Of a DNA stretch of 30,339 nt, positions 8,804 through 19,665 are shown one piece after another (the stretch's first letter is position 1; each line of letters starts with the position of its first letter). Under the pieces are notes generated by a model. The model saw only the letters and a program-made list of their open reading frames with translations. It was not told the origin of the DNA and did no database searches. The DNA is from a virus, in IMG/VR virus record IMGVR_UViG_3300045988_111924, positions 1 to 30,339 of that record; one strand, given 5' to 3'. Both the position numbers and the translations under genes were made by a program.

Positions 8804-11800
8804 TAGATTGTAATATTTTTAACAGTATCTTCTGTTAGTGTTAAATTCTCTGTATATTTAATTGTTCCTGTTGGTCCGTCAGATACTCTAAATAAAAATT
8901 GAACTCCATTTTGAGCATATATTCTATAACTTCCATCATCTCTCATATAAGTGACATTTAAGAAATTATCATTTTCAGTTAGAATCTGATTAACGCCAGA
9001 AGGAATACCTCCAGTAGAAGTTTGAAGCTTTCCTGTAATAAGAATAGCTTTATTTGGGTCTGGAGTTTGAGTAAACATACATTGAGGGCCATTTATACTT
9101 CCTTGTTTATAAAGACTAAAGTAGAAACTTCTTTGGTCATATGTAGTATTCTCATTATAAGTAACTGTTAATTCTGTTTCTCCAGGTTGCCCAGATTCAG
9201 GTGTAATGCTTACAATTTCATTTGGACTATATCATCCTAATTCTCAAGGAATATTAGAAGTAACTGTAATCTTTTTAGTCCCAGCTTTATAATCTACAAC
9301 TGGATCTGAATCATCAAATGATATATATTCACCTAGATTTTGAACTCCAGCTAAATAACTATTAATATCTTGAACTTTAATAAATTCGCATCTAACTGTA
9401 GAATCTGAATTAATATCATAAGCATCAATCTTATTAAGTACCCAGTAAGAATCTTCAAAATAATAGAACTGTCTAAGTAAATCATACTTAACATCTAAAT
9501 CATCCAATCTTACAAAGCAGGTAACTTTTTTAGTATTTACATCAAATTGATCATTATAAAATTCACTCCAGAATCTACTATATAAAGTAGATTGTTCTAA
9601 ATAACTAACTTTATCAATGTATATTTCTCTTGGAACCCCAAAATCTCAAGATGAAGATATAAAATTACTAGAAATAGTGTATCTTATAAATTGTGGTAAT
9701 ATGTTTCTTCTAATAGCTATTTTTTGTCCTGCAGAATTATTTTCACTATTAGTATAGATATAACAAGGTTCTCCATCATTAAGAACTGACATTTCTGTAA
9801 CATCATCAGTAATCCAATAATAAATAGGATTACCATTTATATCTTTCATATTAACATCATCATTATAAAATAATAAAGTACTTTTTATCTCTTCAAGACT
9901 TTGTTCATTATTATCTAATGTATAAAAACAAGTTTTTGCAAATATATCATTTCCAGGAACATCCCACCATTCTGTAGTCTTACCTTGGTCTATAAAATTA
10001 GCTCCATATAAATCCTGATCATTAGTCTTTACTTCTGTAGAAGTTCTATTAAATAAACTATATGTAATATTATCATTCATAAATGCGGGTACATAAGTAT
10101 TTCCAGAATTAAAGAAATTTCTAAAATACTTATCTGCATCTCTTGCTGATACTACATTTTGAAATATATTTCCAGAATATAAATCAGTATTATCACTATT
10201 AAAATTATATCCAGTGTTTAATCTTTGCTGACCATAATCTATATCATATTGTCTATCATATTTCTTGGCATAATATGTTTCTGGAGTTTCTAATGACATA
10301 GTGTATCACTTCTTATCAAATAATATTGGATTTACATTGAAGTCTTTAGAATAATCAATTCTTTTACTCCAATCAGAGATTATATTCTTAAAGAAATTAT
10401 TTCTAGTATGTATTCTAATTGTTTTACTATCAATATCTTTTGTAAAATATAATCCAAATAGTTTTGCATAACTTAATAAGTAATCAGCAGGAGATTGTTC
10501 TGTCTTTAATAATTTCTGCTTAGTAATTAAAGCATCAGAAGTAACTGCTGAAGGCCAAGACGCTTTTAGCGTATATTGATCTTCATCATATAAAAATTCT
10601 GACCATCCAGCAACTCTATTTGCTGTGACATTATTAGGATGCATATTATCTGACTGTCATACAGCATCTTGGTTATATAAATTTTCAGTTCTTCTTGCAA
10701 TTTGTATATTCACTAAAATCTTATTAACTTTAGGCATATCTTTTACAGTAAATCTGAAAGTATTAGTATTATTATCACTTTTGAAATAATACCTATTTCC
10801 ACTATCTTTTACAAAATGCCCATAAATAGCTTCTACAGGTGCATCAGTTAATGGATAATAATTAAATCAAGTGCCAGGCCCAGATTGAACTTGAGTGTTT
10901 ATCTTATTTGTAAAGTTATATAAAGGAGAGTATGCTATAGGTCTACTAGGAGATGAAGTATCTTCAGCATCATATATCAATATCTGTGCTGTTACTGATG
11001 TTCTGTAAGGATCATTCCTATAATCTGTATTTCCAGCTCTTCCGTTCCTTACATAAGATAAATATAAATCATTACCTGCTGAAACATTTGCATTATAAAA
11101 TAGCTGAAAATCAACATTAATATTAACAAGAGTATTAGCAGGAGTTGCAGATAAATCAATTACTTGTCCTTCACCAGGTACTATTACATCACTCCCTGTA
11201 ACACTAAATCTTCCTCAGTTTACTGAAGTAGTTGTTCCTCCAGGTTTTAATCCACACCAAAACAAATCATTATATTTAGTAAGTTTAGCATTCTCTGTAA
11301 TATTATCTGATTCTTCATCTTCAGTAGATCCTAATAAAGGTAATGCGACAAACGCTTTATTTCAATATGGATTTGAATAATTAAAGAAACTATCATCAAA
11401 TATCACATCATATCCAGAATTCTCTTTTCTACATATAGTTTCTATTAACTTACTTAATTTTAATGCTGGCCTTTGCATATAACTTCTAAGATCTCTCATC
11501 TCCCATTCTGTATATGCTCTATTTAATTTAGCTAATCCATATCCATTATAAGGTGTGTATGTAGTTCCTGAATCGGTCTTACTAGTAGGAAATAAATTAT
11601 CTCCATTAGTATTTATTAAACAAGTTTCATTATCAAAGTTTTCATATAAACCGTTATATGCAGGAATAAATGTTAAAAAATCATAAATTTGACTTCCGTC
11701 ATTTACTTTACTCCAATTAAAACAAGTATTTACAAAATCTTTATTAATGTGGAAATTCATTTCAGTATCGGTAGGAAGTACATTACCATCCTCATCAGTT

Positions 11801-12243
11801 ACAAAGTATTGTAAATCAGCTAGAGTTCTAATAGTGCCATCTTCTTTATATTTAAGTCCATAAAAGAAATCTCCCAATCCTCCATATAAAGTAATATTAT
11901 AAGTAATAACTGCTTGCTTTATAGAGATGCTATTTAACTGCATATATCCTGATTCAACTAAATATCCATTATTATAGATTCCAAAGTCAACTCTTTTTGA
12001 AGGATCAAAATATATGCCAGAGAAATTACCTTCTTTTATATGGAGAAATCTATCTAACTTATAAATCTCTCCAAAAATCTTATTATTGTTTTTGTCTCCT
12101 GGAATGCTTATAGTCTTACTGAATGAATTTTTTACTATTGTTGGATTCTGAAAATCTTCTACAGTATAAGTCATTGGTAATGATATGCCTTCAGAACAAT
12201 GTACTTCTTTTCCTGCAATAAATAATTTAATATTCTTTCTCAT
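8803..12243 (-). CDS. Large tail tip or baseplate protein (1146 aa)
   Basis: Five track ORFs (11362..12243, 10306..10644, 9646..10299, 9244..9507, 8803..9078) all share the same frame. The gaps contain only TGA, at 11362, 11215, 10867, 10657, 10306, 9646, 9244 and 9232. I checked codon by codon and found no TAA or TAG. ATG at 12241-12243. The TAA stop overlaps the next ATG. Confidence 0.8.
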
Positions 12244-12245
12244 AA

Positions 12246-14426
12246 TTATTTACGATAAGTATCTTGAGAAGTTTCTACATTAATTGTATAGTAGAACTTA
12301 TTCTTACCTTGATTAGTATAAGTTTTATATTCACAATTTGTATCTGTAATTAATACTGGAGTAATAGTATTATCTTTAAGATTATGCAAATATACTTTAG
12401 TACTCTCAATTAGATTAAACATCTTAGAAGCTTGAATATCATTTAAATAACCAGTATAAAGAACCCAGCTTGAAGTTATAGTATTCAAATACTTATTTCT
12501 TGCAAACTCTTGTGATGTATTTAATACCTTACGAGTATATGTTTCAGATTTAATCTCATCATTCTTTTTAACATTACCCTCAACAAGTAATGAATCCCAT
12601 CCACCTGCTGAATTAGTATAATATAATACATAATCTTTACCTGTAGTATCTATATCATATCTAATCTGTCTATCACTAATATTTCCACCTTCTACAAATC
12701 CTACTATTAAATAGCTTCCACAAGGCCATAATTTATTACTTAAATCTTCTGTATATGTATATCCATTAATTCCAGAATTTAAACTAATATCCATAGCAGA
12801 TTGTACTCCATCTATATAAAAGAATCTATTAATAACTCCAGTTCCAGTTGGTAGAATTCAACTTGATACTAAATACTGCCTTGGATCAACTAAACCAGTA
12901 ATAGGATCACTTAACATAGTGCCTTTAGTTAGATCTCTATCTTTATAACTCCAGTCATTGAAGAAAGTAATTGGTTTTTCATTTCCACTAGATGTTATCA
13001 AAGTAAATGGTTTCAAATATTCTGGAGATACTATTGTTTTTGAAGTATTAAATATAATTCCATTAGATAGATAATTTTCAGCTACATTATTTAATAGAAA
13101 CTCTACTCTATCTGTTTCAGGATATTTATAAGCCTTGCCAGCATAAACCATATCTCCTGCATAATCTAGATGATATTCAATAAAATCTGAACTGATTATC
13201 TCATTCCAAACATAATCTTTCCAAATAGGAGATATATCAGATTTAACAGATTGTGTAATATTAATAGATAAATTAATAATACTTGAACTATTCTTTATAA
13301 CAGATACTCCAATAGTTGCTTGTCTAGAAGATAAACCTGAATTTTCTGCAATGTTCAAACTAATAGTTGCTACACCTTGAGGATTCACAGAGAACTTCTG
13401 ACCACTAATCCAACCTACAGGAATACTAAATACAACATCATCTAAGTTATTTGAGCCTGTACCAATTATATTTAATGTAGATGCAGTTCAACTTACTTCA
13501 TAATTAGTATTAGGAATCATTAAAGATGTTGCAGCTTGTTTAATTGGAACTGTAGCTTCAAGAGTATAACCTCCAGAAGTTGTTGCAGTAACCATTGCAC
13601 TAAACTCTAAATTATTAGTAGTTTTATTCTCTGGAACAGTTAATACAAAATAGTTATCAACAATAACCTTTTTAATATTACTAGCTTGAGGGCAGGTGAC
13701 ATTAAATGAAGTAATTGTTTCTTCTGCTTTAGTTGTACTTAAATGGAATTCTTCAGTAACAAAAGCAGATGCTCCATAAGTTCCAGATGAAGGAGTTACT
13801 ACTAACTTTAAATCTTCTGGAGTATTACTCTTTTCAATCTTAAAGCCATAACTATAACTAATAAATTTATTAGTGTCATAATAAGCTCCTAATTGGATAG
13901 TTCCAATTAAATCGGTATTCCATTGAGTATTAGCTCTTACTGTGAATTTAAACTTAATAGAGCAAGAATCCCAATCCAGAACTTCTATATTAACTAAAGC
14001 TGTAGCATTAACAACTGCTGCATCTCATTTAATAATATCTGATCTATTTAATACATACTCTACTGTATATTCTCCACCAGTATTTGGTACATTAATACTA
14101 CTATTAGCAGGATAGAATCCAGGAGCTTTACTATGTAGATTAATTGGTAAATCTTCCATTAATAAAGCAGTAGTAATACCTCTAGGATAAAAATGAAGTA
14201 CAGTAGAAGAATCGGTAGTTATTGTTGTGGGAGATAAAAATTGTATTGTACATCCAGAAGTACTTGGATCTTGTATAGTTACATTTAAAGGACCCTCTTC
14301 AGTATAATCATCTCCCCAAGTCCAATAATCATATTCTCCAGTAATTCCCCATCCAGGATTATTCCATTTAACAGGAAAACTCCTTGATGCGTTATATATT
14401 CCTAATTTACTTGGTATAAATGCCAT
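12246..14426 (-). CDS. Tail structural protein (726 aa)
   Basis: Track ORFs 14025..14426, 12858..13388 and 12246..12794 share a frame. The 636-nt gap 13389..14024 has no TAA or TAG in frame. TGA occurs at 14025, 13488 and 12858. TAA stop at 12246. Confidence 0.75.
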
Positions 14427-14428
14427 TT

Positions 14429-14917
14429 TTAAAAGTTTTTAAATAAATAATAATCTACTTGTCCTTGAAGATCTTTAGTTATAGCATCATCAAGAAGTTC
14501 CATATAATTGTTCTCTATATATTCTATAGTATTAGCAAGTGGATGTTTTCCTTGAGTTCCTTGAAGATGTATCTTTCTTCCAATTAAATATGCAAGTTGA
14601 TCTACAGTAGGTAACTTGCCATTATAAGGTCTTGGAATTACTGGCTTAGTTTTAATCCAACTCTTTATATCAGATAATGGAGGAAATTTACCAGAATGTC
14701 TGCCTTCTTCAACGTATTTCCAATAATCTAATAAACTAACATTAACTTCATAATCCCCATTTTGGGTCTCAACAATGTAATTTAAACTATTACCTAATGC
14801 TCCAGTATCATCAGTCCTTGTTTGAACCAATTCCTGTCTATATAAAGAAATTATAAGATCTCCTCACTTCCTTAATAGCTCATTTAAATTTGGGAAATTT
14901 AGTTCTTGAATATTCAT
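14429..14917 (-). CDS. Virion morphogenesis or neck protein candidate (162 aa)
   Basis: The track ORF 14429..14830 starts at an alternative TTG. The frame extends upstream through TGA at 14864 to an ATG at 14915-14917, which is preceded by an in-frame TAA. Reads MNIQELNFPNLNELLRK-W-GDLII. Confidence 0.55.
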
Positions 14918-14959
14918 TTTTGTTAAAATATATTAATTTATAGGTGAGTATCTAAACAC

Positions 14960-14984
14960 AAATAGGGAGATTTACTCCCTATTT
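14960..14984. terminator. Stem-loop adjacent to element copy B
   Basis: Sequence is aaatagggag-attta-ctccctattt, a 10-bp stem with a 5-nt loop. The A and T tracts lie inside the stem, so it could act in either direction. Confidence 0.5.
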
Positions 14985-14987
14985 AAG

Positions 14988-15037
14988 TGTCAAGTTTTTT
15001 ACTCACTTTTAGTAGTTAAAATAAATAAAAACTGACA
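14988..15037. promoter_or_regulatory. Conserved quasi-palindromic intergenic element, copy B
   Basis: Sequence is tgtcaagttttttactcacttttagtagttaaaataaataaaaactgaca. It lies between the terminase block and the tail block. Confidence 0.7.
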
Positions 15038-15182
15038 TTTTAATGTTTTCGTTTTCATTCTTCAATCTGTCTATTTTCTTCATTAGCTTTATCTATAACA
15101 TAGCATATAATGTTAAGAAACTCTTTAATCTGCATATCATATATCTGATGCCAATTAAATTTAGTAACCTCACTTACCTTAT

Positions 15183-15824
15183 CTATTCAGATAATTCAGC
15201 TTCATTTTTGAGTAAAAGGATTAATCGTCTCGTCTGTATTAAGCTCTTCAGAAGTTTCCTCCTTTCCAGTTTGTCCTTGGTTTTCCTTAGTCTCTTCTTC
15301 ATCTCCCTTTCCGAAGAGTGAAGGGTACTCAGAGTTGATAGTCGCAATAAGTTTACAAAAAAAAACATTATGTCAGAGAATATATCAATTGTTAGATGAG
15401 TATTTAAGAATTCTGCCTCATCAATAGGGTCATAATCTTCTCCATACTTCTTACCTTCTGGTAATAAAAAGCAAGCAGCTAGATTTGGCATATAATCATC
15501 ATACTTCTTATAAAAATTCTGAAAGTCAATATATTGACTGGCCGTCATCTTATTAACATTAAAAAAGACTTTATATTCCCTGTCTCCAATAATATATTTA
15601 GTTTCTGGAGTTTTAGGTTTATATGTACTCTCTACAAATTTAAGATTGTTAATTAATTCTTGTAATTTATTCAGCTCCATATTTTGAATTTCTTCTAAAG
15701 AAATATCACTAAGTACAGATACCATAGCTAAATTCATATCTAATTCATTTTCTCATTCTTTTCTAATTACATCCAATAGTTTTCTATAATGAGCTAAATT
15801 CATTTCATTCCAAGATTTTATCAT
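15183..15824 (-). CDS. Hypothetical protein (213 aa)
   Basis: Track ORF 15183..15737 extends upstream through TGA at 15753 to an ATG at 15822-15824, 1 nt after the terminase stop. It ends with TAG at 15183, and an in-frame TAA follows 3 codons later. Confidence 0.55.
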
Positions 15825-15825
15825 A

Positions 15826-17073
15826 CTATTTAATTTTAATATTATAATGTCCTTTGTTTGTATTTAATGAGTCATAGGCTAGCATTAATGAAATTACTGT
15901 ATCATCATTAAATCCAGATGGAGCATTATAACTAACATTTCCAGTTTTTGGATTATATGAAGCTTCATATAGTCTTAACTCATTTAAAAGTTTATCATCT
16001 TTTAATAATCCTATCTTTTCATTCTCCAAAGCAGCTTGAAGCTTATTAACTATATCTGCCTTACTCTTATTAGTAGTTAAGAATCGTATAATCCTGATTT
16101 TCGGATTCTTCCGAACTAACATATCATAGAAGACACTACCAATTGAGTTTTGTTCAACTTGTACAATCTTTATAAATCCTTGATACTCAGTTAGTATATT
16201 TGTTAATAAATCAACTTGCTCTGTTGGAGTTTTATCGTTAAAATACTTTATAAAGACCATTTGCCCAGATTCATTTAAAGCAGTAACACAAGTATAGTCT
16301 TTACCACTCCCAGTAGCCCAGTCTATTCCTATATAAAGACTCTGATAATCTGGTTTTTTCTCAATTATGCAATTAGCTATATTATTAAATAAACATCCAT
16401 CATCATCTGCAAATTCCCCTAAGTATTCGGTTCTAAATTTATTTTTTGAGGTTGTAAGTCGATACATCTCTAACTTCTCTTTATCTAAAAGCATAGATGT
16501 ATCTTCTAAAGCTCAATCAAATGATTTATAGAACTTGTCATATTTCGGATCTAACCCTTTAGTAAAGCAGTCATAAAAGAAACCCTCTCGGAACCTTGGA
16601 GTACTAATAATTAATATTGGAGCAGACCACACATCAGTAGTAGGTTTAATAATTTCAAATACTTCATCTTTTAAGTAAGCAGCCTCATCTAATACAAGTA
16701 ATCCACTTACAGAGAATCCTCGTAACGAATCCATTTGTTCTCCAGATCTAAATAATATAGAACTGCCATTATTAAACTCTAATTCAAGCAAAGTTTCATT
16801 CTTACGTTTAAGAATATCTGCTTCAGCTATAGCATTAACTATTTCTTTAAACACTTTTCTTGATTGTCCAAGAGTAGGTTCTACTATACAATTGACTGTT
16901 TTTGGATAGTTAATTGCAAATCGTAATAATTCATTTTCAGCTAAGAAAGATTTACCTACTTGTCGTTTAGCTTTAATTGTAAATATCCTTCCAGATCTAT
17001 AAGCATCTGCCATAGCTATATGAACCTTATATTGGTACATAAATGGCCTATATCCTTTATATATCCTTGTCAT
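15826..17073 (-). CDS. terL: Terminase large subunit (415 aa)
   Basis: Track ORFs 16513..17073 and 15826..16494 share a frame and are joined by a single TGA at 16513 (reads ...YKSFD-W-ALEDTSMLLDKE...). Walker A-like KAKRQVGKS and Walker B-like LLVLDEAAY are in the N-terminal half. A nuclease-like C-terminal half has IGIDWATG...DD. Stop is TAG at 15826. Confidence 0.8.
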
Positions 17074-17509
17074 TTATAATAGGATCTCCAAATTTAAATT
17101 GGCATTCATTATTTTGAATATTAACTTGAATTTCTGGTTGATTTAATCCAAACATAGAATTTATTGTTTTAATAACCTCAGTAGCAGATCTTACATCATT
17201 TTTACTAATAGCAATATCCAACAATGTTTCCAATCTTGTTAATTGTATATGTCTTAAATTCTTTATAAGATTATCGTTTTTATCTGCAATAATCTTATAA
17301 GCTTCTCTAATATATTTAGCAGCAGTAGTTTGCCCAACTCCATATTTAGTTTGAAGTTCCTCACTTACTTTATTTCTGGACCACCCTTTATTAAATAATC
17401 TTGCTGCATAAAGATATTTAGTTTTTTGTTCGTCTATTTGATCCTCTTTTACTTCTTCCTTTTTCGGTCTCCCTATTTTCTTCGGCAGTTCCTGATTCTT
17501 TACTTTCAT
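17057..17509 (-). CDS. Terminase small subunit candidate with helix-turn-helix (150 aa)
   Basis: Intact ORF directly upstream of terL and overlapping it by 17 nt. Basic N-terminus, then an HTH-like WSRNKVSEELQTKYGVGQTTAAKYIREA. The start codon is uncertain because the ORF overlaps the upstream ORF by 92 nt. Confidence 0.5.
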   Translation of the reverse strand: MKVKNQELPKKIGRPKKEEVKEDQIDEQKTKYLYAARLFNKGWSRNKVSEELQTKYGVGQTTAAKYIREAYKIIADKNDNLIKNLRHIQLTRLETLLDIAISKNDVRSATEVIKTINSMFGLNQPEIQVNIQNNECQFKFGDPIINDKDI

Positions 17510-17753
17510 TTTCCTTTAGTTTTTCTTGATATTCAAAATAGATTGGGGCAATCCTCTTTATAAGATTAAGTATACAAGTAGCACAAGCTACGCTCATTCT
17601 ATATTCTTGTTCAATTAAATATTCATAAATCTCTTTAAGCTTAATTACATCCTGCTTTTGTACATTTCTGCAATAATTAGACTTAGTTGCAGTTACAAAT
17701 CTATCTTCAAATCCTCTTAAATATTTAAACTGCTCTTCTGTTAATTGTTTCAT
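17418..17753 (-). CDS. Hypothetical protein (111 aa)
   Basis: Intact ORF with ATG start and TAA stop. Its 3' end overlaps the next ORF in a different frame. Confidence 0.45.
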   Translation of the reverse strand: MKQLTEEQFKYLRGFEDRFVTATKSNYCRNVQKQDVIKLKEIYEYLIEQEYRMSVACATCILNLIKRIAPIYFEYQEKLKENESKESGTAEENRETEKGRSKRGSNRRTKN

Positions 17754-17842
17754 AATTAGCGCTTTTTAGTATAAGTAAATATAGAAATTAACTTTCCATT
17801 CTTGTAGTGATAAATAACTTCTGTTTCCATAAAATATAATTT

Positions 17843-18175
17843 TTAATTAATAAGTTTGTATATAACATCTATCAGCTTAGTAGATGCATCTTTTAATAAT
17901 ATCATAATATCTTTAATTAAGTCGTTATAGTATGCAACTAGCAATACTAATAATAAGTTCGGCAAACTAAAACCAAATCAAAATAAACTAATTATACCAA
18001 TTCAGGTGCCTAAACACCAACTACACACTCAAGGCTTAATCATTCAATCTTCATTAAATGGTAATCCTCTATATAAGTAATTTCATAATCTTTTCCTTAT
18101 AGGAATATCAATTCCTGACATAGTATATATAACTATAACAGTATTAATTATTAGAATACTTCCAAATAAACCCAT
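17843..18175 (-). CDS. Small membrane protein, DUF1360-like (110 aa)
   Basis: Invisible in the standard-code track. ATG at 18173-18175, TAA at 17843. Five in-frame TGA at 18083, 18044, 18029, 18002 and 17978. Reads ...KP-W-VCSWCLGT-W-IGIISLF-W-FGF. The CxWCxGxW motif and hydrophobic segments resemble DUF1360. An alternative start is the ATG at 18119-18121. Confidence 0.55.
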
Positions 18176-18710
18176 AACAATGTTTCCAATTTACTTTGTT
18201 CCTACAAAACTTGGAAATGGTTCCATTATCATATCCCAAGCATCTTTTTATTTCTCTTATAGAATCTCATACTTTAATTAGGTTGCCATCTAAGTCATAC
18301 TGAGCTACTTTTTTAGCAAGTGGGCCATTTGTTAATTTTTCAACAACTTTCTTAGTATGAGTGCCATAATTTAAATTATACTTAGCAGTACACCACTCCA
18401 GATTTTCAATTCTATTGTTTAACTTATTTTCGTCAATATGGTTTACTTGAGGTAAATTATTTGGATTTGGTATAAACGTTTCAGCTACTAATCTATGCAC
18501 TCTAAAATTATATGTTTTGGAATGCAGTGAAATCACAATATAACTATATTCTCTAGTAATATATTGTTTTATAATCTTACTTGAGTAATTATATTCTCTG
18601 CCATCCTTATATTTGACTACCCTTTGCATAGTTCTAACTCTACCAAGAGTACTTACTTCAAAAGGAAAATCCTTGTATTGTTTCCATTCTTCTAACATAT
18701 CCTTCCACAT
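18144..18710 (-). CDS. HNH-family homing endonuclease (188 aa)
   Basis: Track ORF 18267..18710 has a NUMOD4-like WKDIxxF...VSxxGRV start and an HNH_3-like VNHIDENKLNNRIENLEW segment. It continues through TGA at 18267 into ...KV-W-DSIREIKRCLGYDNGTISKFCRNKVNWKHCYGFIWKYSNN. That is the usual C-terminal DNA-binding tail of these enzymes. TAA at 18144. Confidence 0.8.
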
Positions 18711-18949
18711 ATTTTATTTCTAATATTACTTATGCACCTTGCTATGGTAGTATGACTAATTCCCAATATTTTTCCCACTTCTCTATAACTGTGATATTCA
18801 GCATATAATATGATTACTGTCTTATCTGCCTTATTAAGCTCAAGTCATTTTGGATATATACTTAATAGTCTATCATCCATATTTGTAAACATACTATAGT
18901 CTATTTCATACTCAGTAAGTAAATCGTCAATATTAATCTTCCGTTTCAT
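18692..18949 (-). CDS. Sigma-70 region-4-like HTH protein (85 aa), second half of a two-ORF ECF-like sigma
   Basis: ATG at 18947-18949. One TGA at 18845 (IYPK-W-LELN). LNKADKTVIILYAEYHSYREVGKILGISHTTIARCISNIRNKI matches the region 4 pattern. Stop is TAG at 18692. Confidence 0.55.
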
Positions 18950-19241
18950 TTAATCAATCCTCCAATTCGTCATTTTGTTGTTCAAGTGGTTCTTTAACAA
19001 TCTCATAATATCGTTTATATGCATAATAGTATCTGCTATTCTTACTGAACCAGTTGTTTTTAAATACTCTTACAATTCAGTATTTTAATTCATTTTTGGC
19101 CAATAAACTATTTAATTTGGCATTATCTGTCTCTAGTAAAGCCAGTAGACAAATTTGAAAACAATCATCATCCATTCCAAATTTAAGTTTTAACTCTTGG
19201 CAGAAGTCATAGTATTTGGTAATAATCTCATTATTCGTCAT
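18933..19241 (-). CDS. Sigma-70 region-2-like protein (102 aa), first half of a two-ORF ECF-like sigma
   Basis: ATG at 19239-19241. TGA at 19077 and 18954. NELKY-W-IVRVFKNNWFSKNSRYY resembles the ECF region 2 pattern F-x-x-W-L-x-x-I-x-x-N, and the TGA falls at the conserved Trp. TAA at 18933. Confidence 0.5.
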
Positions 19242-19665
19242 TTGCTATATAATTACTAAATTCTGTATTTACATCTATCTTAATGGCTTTCTTTAAAGAC
19301 AACTCTGTTTTTAATGAATAGCCATAAGTTCCTCCAAAATCTGTTGTAGAACAACCATATTTCATTGAATCTTTAATAAAAGCTCTTTTTACATCTTTAT
19401 AAATATAAACTCCATCATCAAATATAATGACTAATATAGAGTTACATTTACTAAGTATATCAAACTTATCCCTGTTTATAATTGTAGTTGGATATTTATC
19501 TGATTTAAATCTTCTCCTTTTAACTTCAATTATATAATCTATATTATTCCAAGTAAATGTTCCATCATATCTGGAATAATCGTCTTTACATCATTCTATT
19601 TCTATATTATATTTATCTTTAAATAGATTCTTTATAAAGACTAAACTTCTTATATCTGTTTTCAT
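19231..19665 (-). CDS. PD-(D/E)XK-type nuclease candidate (144 aa)
   Basis: ATG at 19663-19665, TAA at 19231, one TGA at 19591. Motif YDGTF...IDYIIEVKRR fits D...(D/E)xK. Confidence 0.45.

Noticed and set aside
5905-8813. Track ORFs 5905..6099(-), 6180..6377(+), 7929..8183(+) and 8625..8813(+)
   Set aside because: The three plus-strand ORFs overlap the tape-measure-like gene on its opposite strand. 5905..6099(-) overlaps only the 3' end of that gene out of frame and otherwise covers the intergenic segment containing element copy A. 6180..6377 is merely the Ala-rich mirror of the tape-measure C-terminus.
8803-14426. Apparent string of fragmented or pseudogenised tail genes, with non-coding gaps at 10645-11361, 13389-14024 and 7271-7807
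   Set aside because: All fragments of each gene are in one frame. Every interruption is TGA and never TAA or TAG, and no frameshifts are needed. Decay would produce mixed stop types and indels, so recoding explains the pattern better than pseudogenisation.
15043-15321. Plus-strand ORF (92 aa) starting 6 nt after element copy B
   Set aside because: It is tempting as a product of a plus-oriented promoter. However, it overlaps gene 15183..15824 antisense, is a Phe/Leu/Ser-rich low-complexity sequence, and starts too close to the element to allow a leader and ribosome-binding site.
17756-17830. 24-codon minus-strand ORF (METEVIYHYKNGKLISIFTYTKKR) packed between genes
   Set aside because: Its spacing is tight (stop 3 nt from the next ATG), but it is too short to support without conservation or expression data.
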